From a virus, in IMG/VR virus record IMGVR_UViG_3300018025_000052, positions 1-31,290 of that record: 31,290 nt of DNA. One strand, 5' to 3'. The first letter of the stretch is position 1; each line of letters starts with the position of its first letter. A model generated the notes under the pieces. That model was not told where the DNA came from, searched no databases, and worked only from the letters and a program-made list of their open reading frames with translations. Below are positions 1-9,115 of the stretch, in pieces. A program made the position numbers and the translations under genes.

Positions 1-1
1 C

Positions 2-1114
2 TGGCTAAACATGATTGTCAAAGATGGTGCTTCTACGATTAAACGCTGTCTTGATTCTGTAAAGCCGATTCTTAAGGGCTATGCGATTGTTGACACGGGT
101 TCTACAGACGGAACGCAAGACATTATTCGGATGGAGTTGGCTGATTTACCCGGCAAATTGATTGAGATTCCGTTCCAAGATTTTTCTCAGGCTCGCAATG
201 AAGCTCTGAAACTAGTTAAGGAATTGTGCGAGAAAAACGATTACATTCTTTTACTCGATGCTGACGAAGAGCTTTGTTACCATGCAGAGCACAGCATTCC
301 AGACTTGAAGGCTGATTGCTATGACTCGCTTATTCGTCTTCGGAATTTGGAATATTGGCGGATGCTTATCGTGCGGGCAGGGTTGCCTTGGTGTTGGCGG
401 GGTGCGTGCCATGAGTATTTAGATTGCGCCGGATTATTTCGCAGAGAGAGACTAGATTGCTGGCGTCAAGCTTACGAGCATCCCGAGAGAAGCGGCAAGG
501 AAGTTTCGCTTGCCCACGCCGCCTTGCTGGAAAAGAGCCTAAAGGAAAACCCCGGAGATTCGCGGTCGGTGTTCTACTACGCGCAGTGTTTGCGAGACGC
601 GGGCAGCCTCATGCAGGCCGAGGCGCAGTATCAGCGGCGCGTACAGATGGGCGGGTTTCAGGAAGAAGTCTACGTCTCGCTGTTGGAGATTGGCCGCATC
701 TGTGAACGCGGTGCCAAACAGCCGGGCGTAGTGATCGACGCTTACCTTCGTGCATACGCATTTCGACCGGGGCGTGCTGAGGCTTTGGGAAGTCTGTTGC
801 AGTTTCTTCGTAAGCAGCGCCGGTATTACGAAGCGACGATGTTTGCTTCTGAGGCTCTGTCGTTGAGGCTGTCTCACGATGTTCTCTTCGTCGAAGGGGA
901 CTGGTTGAAGTGGAGGTTGTTAGACGAGATCACGTTCTGTGCGTATTGGGCTAACCGGCTTGATCTGGCAAAGATGTGTTCCGAAAAATTGCTCTTGTGC
1001 GATGTTCCGTCTACGGAGAGGACTCGCATTGACTGTAACCATAAAGTGATTTTGGATGCTTCGCTTGGCATTACAAATCCTCACGCAAAACAAATCTTCA
1101 AAGCATCTGCATAG
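2..1114 (+). CDS. GT2 glycosyltransferase with C-terminal TPR-like region (5' end runs off the window)
   Basis: WLNMIVKD..TIKRCLDSV, IVDTGSTDGT, DFSQARN, LLLDADE (DxD) and GACHE are typical GT2 motifs. The helical tail (SVFYYAQC, EEVYVSLLEIG, RAEAL) is TPR-like. The frame is open to the window edge upstream of ATG 11. Confidence 0.85.
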   Translation, partial: WLNMIVKDGASTIKRCLDSVKPILKGYAIVDTGSTDGTQDIIRMELADLPGKLIEIPFQDFSQARNEALKLVKELCEKNDYILLLDADEELCYHAEHSIPDLKADCYDSLIRLRNLEYWRMLIVRAGLPWCWRGACHEYLDCAGLFRRERLDCWRQAYEHPERSGKEVSLAHAALLEKSLKENPGDSRSVFYYAQCLRDAGSLMQAEAQYQRRVQMGGFQEEVYVSLLEIGRICERGAKQPGVVIDAYLRAYAFRPGRAEALGSLLQFLRKQRRYYEATMFASEALSLRLSHDVLFVEGDWLKWRLLDEITFCAYWANRLDLAKMCSEKLLLCDVPSTERTRIDCNHKVILDASLGITNPHAKQIFKASA

Positions 1115-1135
1115 TTTGCGGTAGGAGACAACGGC

Positions 1136-1516
1136 ATGTACCGAAAACTGACGGCAGAGGACTATGCTTTGCTTAAAGCGGAAATCCTCAAGGACGAAGT
1201 GCATAGCAAGGATTCTGCGTTTTCTTTGGATATTTTTACAAATCCTGATACTCGAAGTATTGTATTTGAGGATTCCAAAGGTGTGGTGTTTTATGCCAAT
1301 CTTTGTAAAGAGATGCGTATTACCATTCAATTTTGTAATGGCGTTGAGAAAGAACGCATCCGAAGAATATTTGAACAGCACATTCCAGAATTTGCGACTG
1401 CTTTCAAAAAAGCAGGCTACATAGCATTTGTATATGAAACCAAAAGTAAAGTGCTTTCTTGGTTTCTACGTCGTTTTGGATTTAGATCAACGGAAATTCA
1501 GCGAAAAGAGTTGTAA
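1136..1516 (+). CDS. Hypothetical protein, possibly GNAT-fold (acetyltransferase-like gene preceding ejection proteins)
   Basis: RBS GGTAGGAG. The C-terminal ..WFLRRFGF resembles GNAT ends, and the position matches small GNAT-like genes that precede internal virion genes in podoviruses. The fold is inferred. Confidence 0.45.
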   Translation: MYRKLTAEDYALLKAEILKDEVHSKDSAFSLDIFTNPDTRSIVFEDSKGVVFYANLCKEMRITIQFCNGVEKERIRRIFEQHIPEFATAFKKAGYIAFVYETKSKVLSWFLRRFGFRSTEIQRKEL

Positions 1517-1543
1517 TAAGTTAGGCTCGTGAGAGGCATAAAA

Positions 1544-2233
1544 ATGAAAATTCACATTAAGACTACATGGGACTGGCAAGGCAATGTTCTTGAAGACGTT
1601 TGGTATGAATGGAGTGGCCCTGTTGAAAGATGTTGTGGTGCCCCGTCTGGCCAAACTGCACTAGCCTCTGCTCAATCTAGCTACTATGGTACTTTGACCT
1701 CTCAGGCAGAACAAGAGTTTGGACAGGCCAGTGCTCTTGCTGCTGAGTTTAAGAGCGAGTTCGAGCCTATCTTCGCTGCCGGGCCAAGTCAAAAAGGCTG
1801 GTCGCCAGAAGAAGCAACTGCTGTTAATACCAACACTCTTACTACTGAGGGACAAGCCACGGCGAATGCTTTGCAAGCCTCGAATTTGAAGACTAACGCG
1901 CTTGGTGGTGGAAATGAGTATGTACCACAAGGTACGGTAAAAGAATTACAAACCGGAACAAACGTCTCTGGCGCAGAAGCTACTGCGACTGCACAACAAA
2001 ATAACTTGATTCAGAATTACGAACAAGGCTTCCAGAACTTCGAGATGGCGGCGCAAGGACTTGAAAGTATTCCATCGTTGTATTCAGGATCGACTGGCGC
2101 AGCAGGCGCAGCAACTCAAAGTGGCGCAGCAGCGGGGCAAACGTACAATGAAATTGCTCAAGAATCATTTGCGCCATGGGGTGCGGCGCTTGGTGCGGTT
2201 AGCTCTGTAGCCGCAGGCTCGAAGTATGTGTAA
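1544..2233 (+). CDS. Putative small ejection / internal virion protein (Gly/Ala/Gln/Thr-rich)
   Basis: ATG 1544 follows GAGAGG, which is better supported than GTG 1529. A compact N-terminal leader (KIHIKTTWDWQGNVLEDVWYEWSGPVERCCG) is followed by a low-complexity A/G/S/T/Q body. It is the first of three such genes of increasing size. Confidence 0.55.
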   Translation: MKIHIKTTWDWQGNVLEDVWYEWSGPVERCCGAPSGQTALASAQSSYYGTLTSQAEQEFGQASALAAEFKSEFEPIFAAGPSQKGWSPEEATAVNTNTLTTEGQATANALQASNLKTNALGGGNEYVPQGTVKELQTGTNVSGAEATATAQQNNLIQNYEQGFQNFEMAAQGLESIPSLYSGSTGAAGAATQSGAAAGQTYNEIAQESFAPWGAALGAVSSVAAGSKYV

Positions 2234-2259
2234 AATTCTTTGAAGGACGGTAAGAAAGT

Positions 2260-2604
2260 ATGACAGCGCAAACGCTAGAGCTAGTGGCCTTGGCCGTGGC
2301 CGAAATGAACGGTGCTTTCATTCCAAGGAGTGAGGCATTTTTGTATCGTAATCCGGGGAAGTTGCGCGAGGCGAATGGAAACCTTCGCATGTTCTCCACA
2401 TGGGCTGGTGGTTTGAAGAGCCTGATTAGTGATCTCTCGCGTTGGCCTGAGTACACCCCTGTATTGACGGTGTTCGAGAAATACGGTTGTGACTCCATCG
2501 AGAAAGAGTTCGTTGTTCTGGATTATCTTGGCCGGGCGGCTGATCGAGAGTTGAGCCAAGAGTCTACGTTGTCTGACGTAGAAGCGCCGAAGGAAGGAAA
2601 CTAA
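2260..2604 (+). CDS. Hypothetical virion-module protein with an RNPGxL motif (possible lysozyme-like fold)
   Basis: YRNPGKL...MFSTWAGGLKSL resembles the NNPGNL..F....G..A motif of small phage virion muramidase-like proteins. The gene is tightly packed in the operon. Confidence 0.4.
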   Translation: MTAQTLELVALAVAEMNGAFIPRSEAFLYRNPGKLREANGNLRMFSTWAGGLKSLISDLSRWPEYTPVLTVFEKYGCDSIEKEFVVLDYLGRAADRELSQESTLSDVEAPKEGN

Positions 2605-2605
2605 A

Positions 2606-4987
2606 ATGTCATTGGAATCAATGCAAGACCCTATCATAAAAACTCCTACGCCGGTTACCACGGCTACGCCGCCTCCCGCGCCTGCTGAGCCAGCGCCGGG
2701 GCAAGGGCAAGACCCTGCGGCTTTGCTTGGAGGAAACACGGCTGGTCCAGTTGTGCCTGCAAATCTGGCTCCCAAAGCCACGCCGCAACCTTCTTTGGCA
2801 AAGCAACAGCAGATAAGGTCTGCGGCTGAGGCTGCGGCTGCTCCAAATGCTCAAACACAGGTGAAAAGTCACCTATCAGGAATCTTGCACGCGATTGGTG
2901 ATGCACTTGGCGGACCTAAGACTGTAGAGACCGGCGGTGTGGCGTTTGACAAACAGGGCAACCCTGTCCCTGAGACTCGGACTCGTGGTACAGGCGAGCG
3001 TGTGATGGGAGTTATCGGGCGTGCTTTGACTGGCGCAGCAGCAGGAGCGGGAGCAGCGCAAGGTCCGGGTGGACTAGGAAAAGCTGCGGCGGCTGGCGCT
3101 CGTGTTGGAACGGAAATGAACGAGGCTGACCAAAAGCGGCGCATGGCGAATTTTGAAATGTTTCGTACTCATGCTGGTATGATCTCCGCATATCGGCATG
3201 AAGGAATGGAAGAGACCAGTGCTCTACAGTCAATTGCTGACCATGCGCTTCCTACACGGGATGCCATGTTGAACATGGGAACGATTAAGAGTGTCTTTGG
3301 TGAAGTTCCTGTAGATAGTGCTACAATGCAGGAAGAGTTGAACAAAGGAATCAAAGCAGGTTATGGAGCAGCCAAGCAATTTGCTTCACCCGGCCCGCCT
3401 ATCCCTGACCCAACTCGTCCGGGCAAGATGCAGCAAAGCTGGTTTATTCTGCGAGCAACGTCGCCTGACATGGATTTGGCTTCGCAAACCGTCACGGTCA
3501 ATTCGGAAGACTTGCGCCAGCAATTGAGCAAGCAGCTTGGTGTCGAAGTCAAGATGGGAGCCGAAGTCCCTGCCATCACTTTGTACAACTTGAATGGGCA
3601 GGCTCTTAACGCGATCTCTTCAATGGAGACTGCGCAAAAGGAACTTAAAGACGCGGGCATCGAGAACAAGACTCCGTTTACGGTCAAGGATTTCTACAAC
3701 CTAAAAGGCTCCGAATTGTTCGTCGCGCAGCGCGCTTTGAACCAGTGGTCCACGAAGTACAAGGGAAGCACCGGTGACGTGGTAACCGATCTGCAAAAGA
3801 TGGATAAGGACAACCCGTGGGGAGCCACGTGGATTGCCAAGAATCTGTACCAAAGCAAGCAAAAAGAGTTGGCCGATTTCCGCGAAGAAAAGAAAGCAGC
3901 AGAGCGTTCCGAATTGGAAGAAAAGCAAAAATTGCAAGTGGGTGCTCTTACTGAAGACGGGGCTAACAACATCCTTGCAACGAATGCTGCGGAAATTAAA
4001 GCCGGTATAAAAACACACACCTTTACTACTCAGCGTGTGGATGCGGCTGAAGATTTCATCAAAAAGAAACATGATCCTTTAGTAAAAATCGAATCAGATG
4101 ACAATGCGTTTACTGGGGATAAAGCCGCAGGAACTTTGGCGATGTTAGGTGAACTGCGCCAGACTGAGACTGACCCCGCTCGCCTTGTTCGTATCAACCA
4201 CGGCATCGCTGCGGCTAAGGCCGGGCACTCGGCATGGATGAATGACAAGTACACTCAGGCGAAGTTTGAACAAGACATCAAAGTAGGAGACCCTAAATCA
4301 GCGGCAGAATTTCTTGCAAATCGTACTATGACTATTGCGGATTTTAAGAACCGGGGCATGACCACAGACTGGATTACTCAAGCATTACATGCTACTCAGC
4401 AATATTGCAAAGATCACGGACTTCCTCCGTATGACGCTGTGGCCGAAGACGTGGCAGAGCGTCAGTCGCAAGGCGTCCAAAACGTTCAATTCTTTACTAA
4501 TGCTAATTCTCTTGTTAGCGAACATGGAACTTTAGCACAGTTGCGAACGGCATCAGAAGGACTAGCTGGTCAGACACAACTTCCCATGCTTAATAAGTGG
4601 GAAGACATTGTGCAAATGGCAACGGGTGGTGGAGCGCCAGCGAAGGTTGCTGCGTTGGCCATCGGTGCGGCGGACGATCTTTCACAAGTCATGGGCGGTG
4701 GCGGAACGGATACGGCCCGCGCTCAGGTGTTGAAGGTAGTGGACGCAAAGTTGTCGCCGGAGCAACGTAAGCAAGCCTTTGACGGCATCATCAACATGGT
4801 TAATTCAAAACGTGTTGCACGGTTTGGACGCAATATGTATCTGCGTCGGTTATATGGTTTGAATGAACAAGAAACTGGCGGATTTGGTGAGATGGACGGA
4901 CAGCACCCAAGATTTCAACAAGGCGAACAACAAAACATTCTAGACAAAGTAAAACAAGCCGCTCCGGGGCTTGTAATCAGTCAGTAA
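2606..4987 (+). CDS. Putative ejection / internal virion protein (793 aa)
   Basis: RBS GGAAGGAAA. Pro-rich N-terminus, Gly/Ala-rich hydrophobic stretches (GAAAGAGAAQGPGGLGKAAAAGA), coiled-coil segments, and operon position. Confidence 0.55.
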   Translation: MSLESMQDPIIKTPTPVTTATPPPAPAEPAPGQGQDPAALLGGNTAGPVVPANLAPKATPQPSLAKQQQIRSAAEAAAAPNAQTQVKSHLSGILHAIGDALGGPKTVETGGVAFDKQGNPVPETRTRGTGERVMGVIGRALTGAAAGAGAAQGPGGLGKAAAAGARVGTEMNEADQKRRMANFEMFRTHAGMISAYRHEGMEETSALQSIADHALPTRDAMLNMGTIKSVFGEVPVDSATMQEELNKGIKAGYGAAKQFASPGPPIPDPTRPGKMQQSWFILRATSPDMDLASQTVTVNSEDLRQQLSKQLGVEVKMGAEVPAITLYNLNGQALNAISSMETAQKELKDAGIENKTPFTVKDFYNLKGSELFVAQRALNQWSTKYKGSTGDVVTDLQKMDKDNPWGATWIAKNLYQSKQKELADFREEKKAAERSELEEKQKLQVGALTEDGANNILATNAAEIKAGIKTHTFTTQRVDAAEDFIKKKHDPLVKIESDDNAFTGDKAAGTLAMLGELRQTETDPARLVRINHGIAAAKAGHSAWMNDKYTQAKFEQDIKVGDPKSAAEFLANRTMTIADFKNRGMTTDWITQALHATQQYCKDHGLPPYDAVAEDVAERQSQGVQNVQFFTNANSLVSEHGTLAQLRTASEGLAGQTQLPMLNKWEDIVQMATGGGAPAKVAALAIGAADDLSQVMGGGGTDTARAQVLKVVDAKLSPEQRKQAFDGIINMVNSKRVARFGRNMYLRRLYGLNEQETGGFGEMDGQHPRFQQGEQQNILDKVKQAAPGLVISQ

Positions 4988-4997
4988 GTGAGGGACT

Positions 4998-7900
4998 ATG
5001 GCAGATCAAGAACAAGGCATTCAAACTCCGGCAACACCAAACTTGGAAGAGCCGGTAGCAGTTAATGTGCCGTCTGAGACCGCTCCTGCGCCTCCGACGC
5101 AATCTTTGATTCCAGCGGCCCCGGTGACTATTCCTACCGTTGACGAACTTGCGAAGGCCGGGGAACAGGTGTCGCATATTCCAGACAACCGTGTTATCCG
5201 CCTGAGCACTGGGCACATCGCAGTCGGGAATAGTGAGGACATCGAAAAGGCTCTGAAGGTCGATCCCGGAGCCACGGAGATTCCTAATGCGCCCGGCTAC
5301 GTTACTGTCCGGTTGTCCAGTGGACACATCGGAAGAATGCCTAAAGAGCAAGTCATCGACGCAATGAAGGCAGACCCTAAGATGCGTGTGCTCGCCGGAG
5401 ACACGAAGGGAATGCTTGACCCGAACGCAAAACAAGATCAGGCGTTGAAGGAACTTGCTAAGCCGCCGGATGCGCATCAAATGGGCATGGGTCCAGAGGC
5501 CGAGTTTGTGACCGGCATGGGAAAAGGTGCGGTCGAGACGCTGCGTGGTTTAAAGGGCGTGATTGCGCATGTTGTTGGAGAAAAAGTTGCCGACGACTGG
5601 ACTACAAACAACATGCCGAAGATCATGACTGTGGATACCGAAGGCAAGACGGCGTATGAAAGCGCCGGTAAGTTTGCCGAAGGTATTGCGGAGTGGATTT
5701 CTGGTGACGCAGCATTGAAAGGTTTGAGCGTTGCTGCGAAGCTCGGGCTGGCCGGGAAGATTGCTGACTTGGCAAAAACAAGTCCATACGCCGCTCGCTT
5801 TATCAGTCTTGGTTTGGACGCCGTGCGTGGTGCCACGGTTGGTGGTGCTATCGGCGGAGTCAAGGGCGCTGCGGGTAGTGAAGGTTTGAAGGGAGCCGCC
5901 GAGGGAGCCGTTGGAGGAGCCTTGATGATCGGCACAGCCGGTTTGACGGGCATGGGCCTTGAGGCCGTGGACAAAGCTGCGGGAATTTGGCTTGCAAAGT
6001 ATGCAGCCGCTCCGCCTAAAGAAGGTGCGCCGTCGCTTGGACAACTCGCTGTGAAATACGGGACCCGTGCTACGGCAGGGGCTATCCTATGGAAAGTGCG
6101 AGACTCCGCGCCTGCGCCAGTGAAGGGTCTCGTGACTATGATGTTGTACGGCCTTGGCTTCGAGTCTATGGGAGCCTTGGCGAGAGACATTCCTAAAGAG
6201 CTTTCAGAAAATCCGACTGTGGTTAGCGGCGCACAAAAGGCCGCGCACAACCTAGCTCCTATCTTCAATCGCATCGCTGGGGAGAGGGGTTTTGAAGAGG
6301 TTCCGGGAGAAGAGGCTGCTGCGCCGACTGAGAAGGCTGCGCCCGAGGCTACGCCGAAGGCCATGGTTGCGCCTGCCGCGCCTGCCCCTGCTCCAACTGA
6401 AGGAACTGCCTTTAAGACCCCTCCGGTAGGCCAGCCTACGGCGGCAGGAAACGTTGATTTTGGAAAGATTACGCCAGAGCCTACCCTGGGCGAGCATCCG
6501 GCTACGCCTATTCTGCGGGCAGAGCAAGAAGCGAAGGCGCGTGAGGCCAACGGCCAGCCAGCGCCGGGCACGCCTGCGAAGGCTACAGGTGAGGAAGTAA
6601 GGGATGTGGAAGAGGCTAAGCCAGCAGAGCCAGCCAAGGCACCGGCCAAACCCGGAACACAGAAACAGACGCCTCCAAATCACGTTGAGGCCCATGCAAA
6701 AGCAGCAGAGGCTACAGCCGTAGACGGTGCAAAGCCCATGGTGTACAACGGGACCGTGGAAGGAACTGCGTACTTTACGGACCCCGAACGTGGTAACACA
6801 ACGTACACGCTTTCTGAGAAGGAAGTCACGCCTGAGAACTTGATGATGCGCCGCGACCTGACTCCTCCGCCAGAGATCGCTCCGGCGGTAAGAGCATTTC
6901 AGGAAGTAGCTGCGCCGTCTCACGCCGAAGGCGAAGTGCCCAAAGTTAAGACTCCTAAAATTGAGGCCCCGCCGCCTCAAGAATCTAGTACTCGTGTTAT
7001 AGAAAGTTACTTGAACACCAGAAATAATCAACGTGTTAATGTGATAGAAACTACTGAAGGAAGGCGTTACATTGAATATCCAGACAATATATCAGAACTA
7101 TCGGGAGCAGGAACTGGAATTTACAGCAAAAGTTTCATAGATGACGCTGTGTCAAGAGGCATATTGAAAAAAATAACAATAGTTCCACTAGGCTCAGCCG
7201 AAGGTGTTGGAGAACCACCTCTTCCTAAGAGCAAGATTACGGCAGGAACACCTGAAGCAGACAATTACATCAAACAGTTCAAAGAATCTCACCCCGAAGC
7301 TGTCGCGCCTAAAGCAAAGGGCGTCGCTCCGATGACAGACGAGGAAATTCTTGCCACACAGCAGGCCAACAAAGGCACCATGGATTTCCGTGGGAAGTTT
7401 GACAGCGAGGCCGAGGCGCAGAAAAAGATCGACACCAGCGGCGAAAAATATAAGGGCTGGAAGCCGTTCCAGATCAAGTACGGAAACAGGGCTGGTGAAT
7501 GGCGTATTGCACGACCGATTATTACTAATGAAAATCTTAATTCATTTGATATTAGTAAAGAGGAAGTAATTTTCGGCCATGAAGCCGCAGGCCATTGTTT
7601 AATGGCAGATATTACTGATACACCCACGAAAGAAGGGATTGAATTTACTCCGACAGGGGCACGCACACGTATTGATTTTGATAAAATAGTCCAAGCAGAG
7701 GCAGACCATCCTGAAGAAATAAGCAATCTGTTGGCGACGTTTGCGGGAACTCGTGCTATTGAAATTGGGAAAAATAATCCTATACAAAGCAAACTTCTTA
7801 CATTTGCAGCCGGGCCTCGTATAGACGAGATCATGGGTTATACTAGTCGTAATGCAGACATGAATGTAATTGGAAGCGACGGCTACAGATTTAAGAAAGT

Positions 7901-8399
7901 TTTAGAGGCGTTAGGAATACCGAAAGAACTTCACCAGCAAGCGTGGGACACATATTCACAGCACGCTAAGGAATTGTTGCGTCATTATCCAAACGCCGTC
8001 AGTCAGGCTATTAACTTCTTTAGAGACCCTGAGAATGTTGGTCGGAGGAAATTTTCTCAGGAGGAAGTGCAAAAACTCGTTAATGATATTCGTGGTAAAG
8101 AAGCTATTCCTGACAGAGTTAATGATGCTCTTAAAACTACTGACCTCGAAGCTCGGAGACAAAAGTTTTGGGACCTAATGAAAGATCAGCCTGTTGAGGA
8201 CGAGTCAAAGCTCGCTTACCAGAGGAAGTATGGTCCGACCGGCGGAGAAGCGATTTGGCTGGCTAAACAAGCTATGAAAGGCGCGGACGAGCATGCCGCT
8301 GCTCCAATAAAAGGAGCAAGCACGTTCGCCAGCAACACGTCTCAGGCTCAAAGAATGAAGCGCCTTGAGGCCATTGGCAAAGCTGGAAGAGGGTATTGA
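4998..8399 (+). CDS. Large ejection / polyvalent-type virion protein (1133 aa) with C-terminal M41-like zinc peptidase domain
   Basis: RBS GAGGGA. The N-half is Gly/Ala-rich and hydrophobic, followed by a long Pro/Ala/Glu linker, then GHEAAGH..LLTFAAGPRIDEIMG..GSD, which resembles the FtsH/M41 HEAGH..AG..AE..G..D pattern. Confidence 0.6.
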   Translation: MADQEQGIQTPATPNLEEPVAVNVPSETAPAPPTQSLIPAAPVTIPTVDELAKAGEQVSHIPDNRVIRLSTGHIAVGNSEDIEKALKVDPGATEIPNAPGYVTVRLSSGHIGRMPKEQVIDAMKADPKMRVLAGDTKGMLDPNAKQDQALKELAKPPDAHQMGMGPEAEFVTGMGKGAVETLRGLKGVIAHVVGEKVADDWTTNNMPKIMTVDTEGKTAYESAGKFAEGIAEWISGDAALKGLSVAAKLGLAGKIADLAKTSPYAARFISLGLDAVRGATVGGAIGGVKGAAGSEGLKGAAEGAVGGALMIGTAGLTGMGLEAVDKAAGIWLAKYAAAPPKEGAPSLGQLAVKYGTRATAGAILWKVRDSAPAPVKGLVTMMLYGLGFESMGALARDIPKELSENPTVVSGAQKAAHNLAPIFNRIAGERGFEEVPGEEAAAPTEKAAPEATPKAMVAPAAPAPAPTEGTAFKTPPVGQPTAAGNVDFGKITPEPTLGEHPATPILRAEQEAKAREANGQPAPGTPAKATGEEVRDVEEAKPAEPAKAPAKPGTQKQTPPNHVEAHAKAAEATAVDGAKPMVYNGTVEGTAYFTDPERGNTTYTLSEKEVTPENLMMRRDLTPPPEIAPAVRAFQEVAAPSHAEGEVPKVKTPKIEAPPPQESSTRVIESYLNTRNNQRVNVIETTEGRRYIEYPDNISELSGAGTGIYSKSFIDDAVSRGILKKITIVPLGSAEGVGEPPLPKSKITAGTPEADNYIKQFKESHPEAVAPKAKGVAPMTDEEILATQQANKGTMDFRGKFDSEAEAQKKIDTSGEKYKGWKPFQIKYGNRAGEWRIARPIITNENLNSFDISKEEVIFGHEAAGHCLMADITDTPTKEGIEFTPTGARTRIDFDKIVQAEADHPEEISNLLATFAGTRAIEIGKNNPIQSKLLTFAAGPRIDEIMGYTSRNADMNVIGSDGYRFKKVLEALGIPKELHQQAWDTYSQHAKELLRHYPNAVSQAINFFRDPENVGRRKFSQEEVQKLVNDIRGKEAIPDRVNDALKTTDLEARRQKFWDLMKDQPVEDESKLAYQRKYGPTGGEAIWLAKQAMKGADEHAAAPIKGASTFASNTSQAQRMKRLEAIGKAGRGY

Positions 8400-8424
8400 C
8401 ATCCGCTTTTAGTTTTGCTATACT
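8396..8424 (+). promoter_or_regulatory. Sigma70-type promoter TTGACA-N17-TATACT with extended -10 TG
   Basis: TTGACA at 8396-8401, a 17-nt spacer ending TGC, and TATACT at 8419-8424. A full SD AAGGAGGTGA follows at 8427-8436. Confidence 0.8.
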
Positions 8425-8462
8425 GTAAGGAGGTGAGTTATGAAGGAAAGAAGAGGTGATAT

Positions 8463-8609
8463 ATGCGCCCAGATGAGTTAGAATTTCAAAAGCTGTTGGG
8501 CAGGCTACGGATGTTGCCTGAGTCTGAGAAGGCAAAGATTCGGGAACGCATCTACAAAGACATTCGCATAAAGCCGAAGACTACAAACTCCCCTAAAGAG
8601 AAAAAGTAA
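8463..8609 (+). CDS. Small basic hypothetical protein, 48 aa (MRPDELEFQKLLGRLRMLPESEKAKIRERIYKDIRIKPKTTNSPKEKK); not in the ORF track
   Basis: Translated by hand. SD GAGGTGAT lies just upstream, and the ORF fills the gap between the promoter and the GIY-YIG gene. Confidence 0.6.
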   Translation: MRPDELEFQKLLGRLRMLPESEKAKIRERIYKDIRIKPKTTNSPKEKK

Positions 8610-8614
8610 CCTAT

Positions 8615-9115
8615 ATGGTTATTTATCTAATTCGCAACAAAATCAACGGAAAAGAATACGTCGGACAGACTGTGCAAAGTTTAGAACGACGTTGGCAAAT
8701 CCATTTGTGTGGAAAACAACAAGCTATTGATCTGGCTATTAAGAAGTATGGTGCTGAAAATTTTGAATTATCAACATTAGCATGGCCACGAACTTTAGAA
8801 GAAATGAATGTTGGAGAAGAGGCCCATATATTTTCACGCCATACGATAGCTCCGAAGGGATACAACCTACTTCCCGGAGGCAACAATCATCGCCCTACCT
8901 CCGAAACTAGAGCCAAACTTCGAGCATCTCGTGCTGGCCAAATACGCCCTTCTTGTACTGAAGAAACAAAATTAAAAATGAGACTAGCACATTTGGGAAA
9001 ACCCGGAACCATGTTGGGAAAGAAGTTTACACAGGAACACAGAAAAAAATTAAGCATTGCGGCGTTTAAGCGCGAAGCAGTAAGGAGACAAATTCGTGCC
9101 TCTTCCAATATATGA
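8615..9115 (+). CDS. Free-standing GIY-YIG homing endonuclease with NUMOD3-like repeats
   Basis: VIYLIRNKINGKEYVGQT, RRW..H and GYNL..GG, then three S/TEETxxKM/L repeats. The sequence is AT-rich. Confidence 0.88.
   Translation: MVIYLIRNKINGKEYVGQTVQSLERRWQIHLCGKQQAIDLAIKKYGAENFELSTLAWPRTLEEMNVGEEAHIFSRHTIAPKGYNLLPGGNNHRPTSETRAKLRASRAGQIRPSCTEETKLKMRLAHLGKPGTMLGKKFTQEHRKKLSIAAFKREAVRRQIRASSNI

Noticed and set aside
5477-6649. Long antisense ORFs (e.g. 390 aa here; also 6252-7031, 14190-15086, 29504-30289)
   Set aside because: They are shadows of codon bias in well-supported genes on the other strand or frame, with no motifs or RBS.
8610-9115. Group I intron around the GIY-YIG gene
   Set aside because: The ORF abuts its neighbours (5-nt gap and 20-nt overlap), leaving no room for an intron core, and no split host gene is evident.
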